This document shows, piece after piece, positions 61,372 through 64,000 of a stretch of DNA of 64,000 nucleotides. The notes beneath the pieces were generated by a model, which was not told the DNA's origin, made no database searches, and saw only the letters and a program-made list of their open reading frames with translations. Position 1 is the first letter of the stretch. Each line of letters begins with the position of its first letter. The position numbers and the translations under genes were made by a program. The stretch comes from an uncultured Anaerolineales bacterium (lineage in GTDB: Bacteria > Chloroflexota > Anaerolineae > CG2-30-64-16), in the NCBI GenBank assembly GCA_964474695.1, contig CAYYTK010000006.1:95526-159525 (forward strand), read 5' to 3'.

Positions 61372-63092
61372 TTGACCCAACGATACAAATGCTCTCCCTC
61401 AATGAAGCAGTTCCGGGGGCCGTGTCGGAGATCACCAAGAGTGGGCTGGTGGTGGCGGCCGACAAGCTGCCCGAGCTGGCGCGCTATCTGCGCGACCAGC
61501 AGGGTTACGACTATCTCAGCATGGTCACCAGCGTCGATTGGCCGGGATATTTCGAGGTTGTCTACCACCTCTATAGCGTGACGCAACCCAAGGATGGGCT
61601 GGTATTGAAGGTGCGCCTGCCCGATAAGGCCAAGCCGGTCGTTCCTTCCCTGACCCCTGTTTGGCCTGGCGCCGACTTCCAAGAGCGCGAAGTCTACGAT
61701 ATGATGGGCATTCGCTTTACGGGACACCCCAATTTGCGGCGCATCCTGCTCTGGGAGGGGTTTGAGGGCTGGCCGCTGCGCAAGGATTTCAAGGAGTCCT
61801 ACTACGAGGAAGATGCTAAGCCCTTCAAGAGCCGCCACCCCGATGGCAGCCATCTTTGGGCCGAGGACCGCGCGCCGTGGAAGGACAACATCACTTACCC
61901 GGTCGGCTGCGATCCCGATCTCTGGACTTCACCCGAGGTGCAGTACCGGCGCATCATGGGGGTGGACCAGGGCGGCAACGGTTCCGACCTTAAGACCGAG
62001 CGCATCTTAATCAACATCGGCCCGCAGCACCCCAGTACGCACGGCGTGTTCCGCATGGTGCTTGCCATCGAGGGCGAGAACGTGGTCGGGCTTGAGCCGG
62101 AGATCGGCTACCTGCACCGCTGCCATGAGAAGATCGGCGAGCGCAACACCTACCTGATGAACATGCCCTACACCGACAGGTTGGATTACCTCGCCTCGAT
62201 GTCCAATAACCTGAGCTATGCTCTGGCGGTGGAGAAGCTGATGGGCCTGCAGGTGCCGGAGCGCGCGGAGTACATCCGGGTGATCATGGCGGAGTTGACT
62301 CGTGTGATGAGTCACTTCATCGCCGTGGGCTTTCTGTTCAACGACCTGGGCGCCTACTTCACGCCCGCGCTGTATGGGTTACGCGAGCGTGAGATGATCT
62401 TGGACCTCTTCGAAGCTGCTGCCGGCTCGCGTATGATGTGTAACTACATGCGGTTTGGCGGCGTCTTTGCGGATCTGCCGGCGGGCTGGCTCGAGCGCGC
62501 GCGCGACCTGGTGGTGAACCGCCTGCCGCGCATCATGGAGAACTTCGAAAACCTCATGTCCGGCAACGAGATCTTCACGACGCGCACGAAGGGCGTGGGA
62601 GTTTTGACCGCCCAAGAAGCTGCCGCTTATAGCATGGCTGGCCCGATGCTGCGGGCGTCCGGCGTGCCCTATGATCTGCGCAAGGCTGCGCCCTACTCGG
62701 TCTATGATCGCTTCGATTTCGATATCTGCACTCGGCCCGAGGGTGACGTGTGGGCGCGTTTCCGCGTCCGGATGGACGAAATCTACCAAAGCCTGCGCAT
62801 CTTGAAGCAGGCGCTCGACGGCATTCCCGAGGGACCGATTCAGACCGGCAAAAAGCAATACCAGGTGCGCGTTCCGGCAGGTGAGGCGTATTCTCGCGTC
62901 GAAGGCCCGAAAGGCGAGCTGGGCTTCTACGTCGTCAGCGATGGCAAGGCCAACCCATATCGCTATCACGTGCGCGCCCCAACTTTCATCAACCTGACCA
63001 GCCTGGAGAAGATGTGCATCGGCAACAAGATAGCCGATGCGGTGGTGATTCTGGGCGCGATTGACATCGTGTTGGGCGAAGTGGATCGGTAG
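61368..63092 (+). CDS. nuoCD: NADH-quinone oxidoreductase fused subunit C/D
   Basis: N-terminal NuoC (30-kDa) region and C-terminal NuoD (49-kDa) region with [18 protein letters not shown] overlap with nuoB. Confidence 0.9.
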   Translation: MIDPTIQMLSLNEAVPGAVSEITKSGLVVAADKLPELARYLRDQQGYDYLSMVTSVDWPGYFEVVYHLYSVTQPKDGLVLKVRLPDKAKPVVPSLTPVWPGADFQEREVYDMMGIRFTGHPNLRRILLWEGFEGWPLRKDFKESYYEEDAKPFKSRHPDGSHLWAEDRAPWKDNITYPVGCDPDLWTSPEVQYRRIMGVDQGGNGSDLKTERILINIGPQHPSTHGVFRMVLAIEGENVVGLEPEIGYLHRCHEKIGERNTYLMNMPYTDRLDYLASMSNNLSYALAVEKLMGLQVPERAEYIRVIMAELTRVMSHFIAVGFLFNDLGAYFTPALYGLREREMILDLFEAAAGSRMMCNYMRFGGVFADLPAGWLERARDLVVNRLPRIMENFENLMSGNEIFTTRTKGVGVLTAQEAAAYSMAGPMLRASGVPYDLRKAAPYSVYDRFDFDICTRPEGDVWARFRVRMDEIYQSLRILKQALDGIPEGPIQTGKKQYQVRVPAGEAYSRVEGPKGELGFYVVSDGKANPYRYHVRAPTFINLTSLEKMCIGNKIADAVVILGAIDIVLGEVDR

Positions 63093-63106
63093 TTCCTGGA
63101 GGCAAC

Positions 63107-64000
63107 ATGTTCGGATCCGGTGTTCTCAAAGGCCTCGGCGTCACGCTCAAAGAGTTTGTCGCCACCTACATCGATGACATCAAGAAGATCCCCAGCCGAT
63201 ATGCGGGCGGGCGCGAAGAGATCGATCAGAGCAAGGTGTCGGAGCAGGCTGGGCTGTTCACGGTGCAGTATCCGGAGGAACGGCGCAAGCTTTCTGAGCG
63301 GTTCCGCTACATCCCGATGCTGGTCTACGATGCGGAAACCGGCGAAGATCGCTGCACCGCGTGCGGCATCTGCGCTAAGGTGTGCCCGCCGCAATGCATC
63401 TGGATCGTGCGCGCCAAGGATGAAAACGGCAAGCCGCTTACGCGGCCGCTTGAGTTCTACATCGATGCTTCCATTTGTATGAACTGCGGCCTGTGCGCGG
63501 AATTCTGCCCGTTTGACTCGATCAAGATGAACCACGACTACGAGGTCGCCGCATTTAAGCGCATGCCGCACCTGGTGTTCGATCTGCAGAAACTGCGCGT
63601 GCCCACCACCTATTACGCCAGTATCCGGCCCACCGACTGGGAAGAAGAAGAGGCCGCGCGCAAGGCCAAAGAGGCCGAAAAGGCCGCCAAGCCCGCGCCC
63701 GCGCCCAAAGTAGGGGCAGGGCTGGCCCCTGCCCCGGCCGTGCAGCCCCCCGCGGCCGCGCCGGCGACCGCCGCACCGGCGCCCTCCCGCACGCCTGAGG
63801 AGATCGAGCGCCTGAAGGCCGAAGCCGCGGCCCGCCGCGCCGCCAGGGCTGCCGGCGAAGCGACGGGGACCGCCGCTGCTGCGCCTGCTGCCGAGGCCCC
63901 TGCGGCCGCAACGCCATCCGGAACCGGCTCACAGCGCACGCCCGAAGAGATCGAGCGCCTGAAGGCCGAAGCCGCGGCCCGCCGCGCCGCCAAGGCCGCC
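63107..64000 (+). CDS. nuoI: NADH-quinone oxidoreductase subunit I with a long repetitive C-terminal extension (3' end beyond the window)
   Basis: My own translation from ATG 63107; the ORF is not in the track because no stop is reached. Two 4Fe-4S motifs (CTACGICAKVCP; CMNCGLCAEFCP). From about codon 170 onward an Ala/Pro/Glu/Lys-rich tail continues to the window end. GGAGG RBS. Confidence 0.8.
   Translation, partial: MFGSGVLKGLGVTLKEFVATYIDDIKKIPSRYAGGREEIDQSKVSEQAGLFTVQYPEERRKLSERFRYIPMLVYDAETGEDRCTACGICAKVCPPQCIWIVRAKDENGKPLTRPLEFYIDASICMNCGLCAEFCPFDSIKMNHDYEVAAFKRMPHLVFDLQKLRVPTTYYASIRPTDWEEEEAARKAKEAEKAAKPAPAPKVGAGLAPAPAVQPPAAAPATAAPAPSRTPEEIERLKAEAAARRAARAAGEATGTAAAAPAAEAPAAATPSGTGSQRTPEEIERLKAEAAARRAAKAA
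63788..64000 (+). repeat. ~147-bp direct repeat within the nuoI tail (RTPEEIERLKAEAAARRAA[R/K]AA encoded twice)
   Basis: 63788-63853 and 63935-64000 are nearly identical (a few mismatches). Confidence 0.85.

Noticed and set aside
1-64000. tRNA, rRNA, transposase or integrase genes, and in-frame TGA selenocysteine codons with SECIS-like hairpins in the Mo-hydroxylase genes.
   Set aside because: No cloverleaf-compatible segments found in the intergenic regions examined (645-792, 48322-48708, 53419-53599, 58632-58831, 60545-60759). All large ORFs read through without internal TGA. No mobile-element hallmarks seen.

Overview
High-GC (~63%), tightly packed bacterial window, probably Chloroflexota-like (that assignment is a guess; RBSs are AGGAGG-type and many genes overlap by ATGA). 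Bases 1-12 kb are housekeeping genes on the + strand: cold-shock protein, Ycf45-like AAA ATPase, tmk, darA, gmk, rhomboid, Memo-like, priA, tlpA-like, lgt. Bases 12-58 kb are almost entirely minus-strand and form one catabolic supercluster of the 'selenium-dependent molybdenum hydroxylase / anaerobic purine degradation' type. Identified from protein motifs:
- a yqeC-mocA fusion;
- two xanthine-dehydrogenase-family enzymes (one with a fused FAD-[2Fe-2S] subunit);
- ssnA-like aminohydrolase, ygfK-like Fe-S flavoprotein, ygeY-like M20 hydrolase;
- two carbamoyltransferases plus carbamate kinase;
- TrpB-like and ThrC-like PLP enzymes;
- two GntR regulators, two BMP-family (nucleoside-type) ABC transporters, PFOR and a DHOD-like protein.
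The window then turns to the + strand for adenine deaminase and the start of the nuo operon (nuoB, fused nuoCD, and nuoI with an unusual repetitive C-terminal tail cut by the window end). No tRNA, rRNA, CRISPR, transposase or integrase was found.

The most unusual signal is three separate families of short hairpin-forming repeats, several copies of which lie in frame inside conserved genes. (1) An octamer/module family, CGAATCAG + GATCCGCAGATCG + CGCAACACGCAA as read on the coding strand, sits in frame inside priA, the XDH Mo subunit and twice in the FAD/Fe-S subunit. (2) TACCAATC/CCAATTA octamer-heptamer arrays build composite inverted hairpins at six intergenic sites, and one copy sits in frame inside ggt. 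(3) An ACAAACCWGGTTTGT palindrome family sits directly 5' of internal operon RBSs.

All coordinates come from reading the sequence and the supplied ORF track. Every functional call is a motif-based inference; none has been checked against a database.
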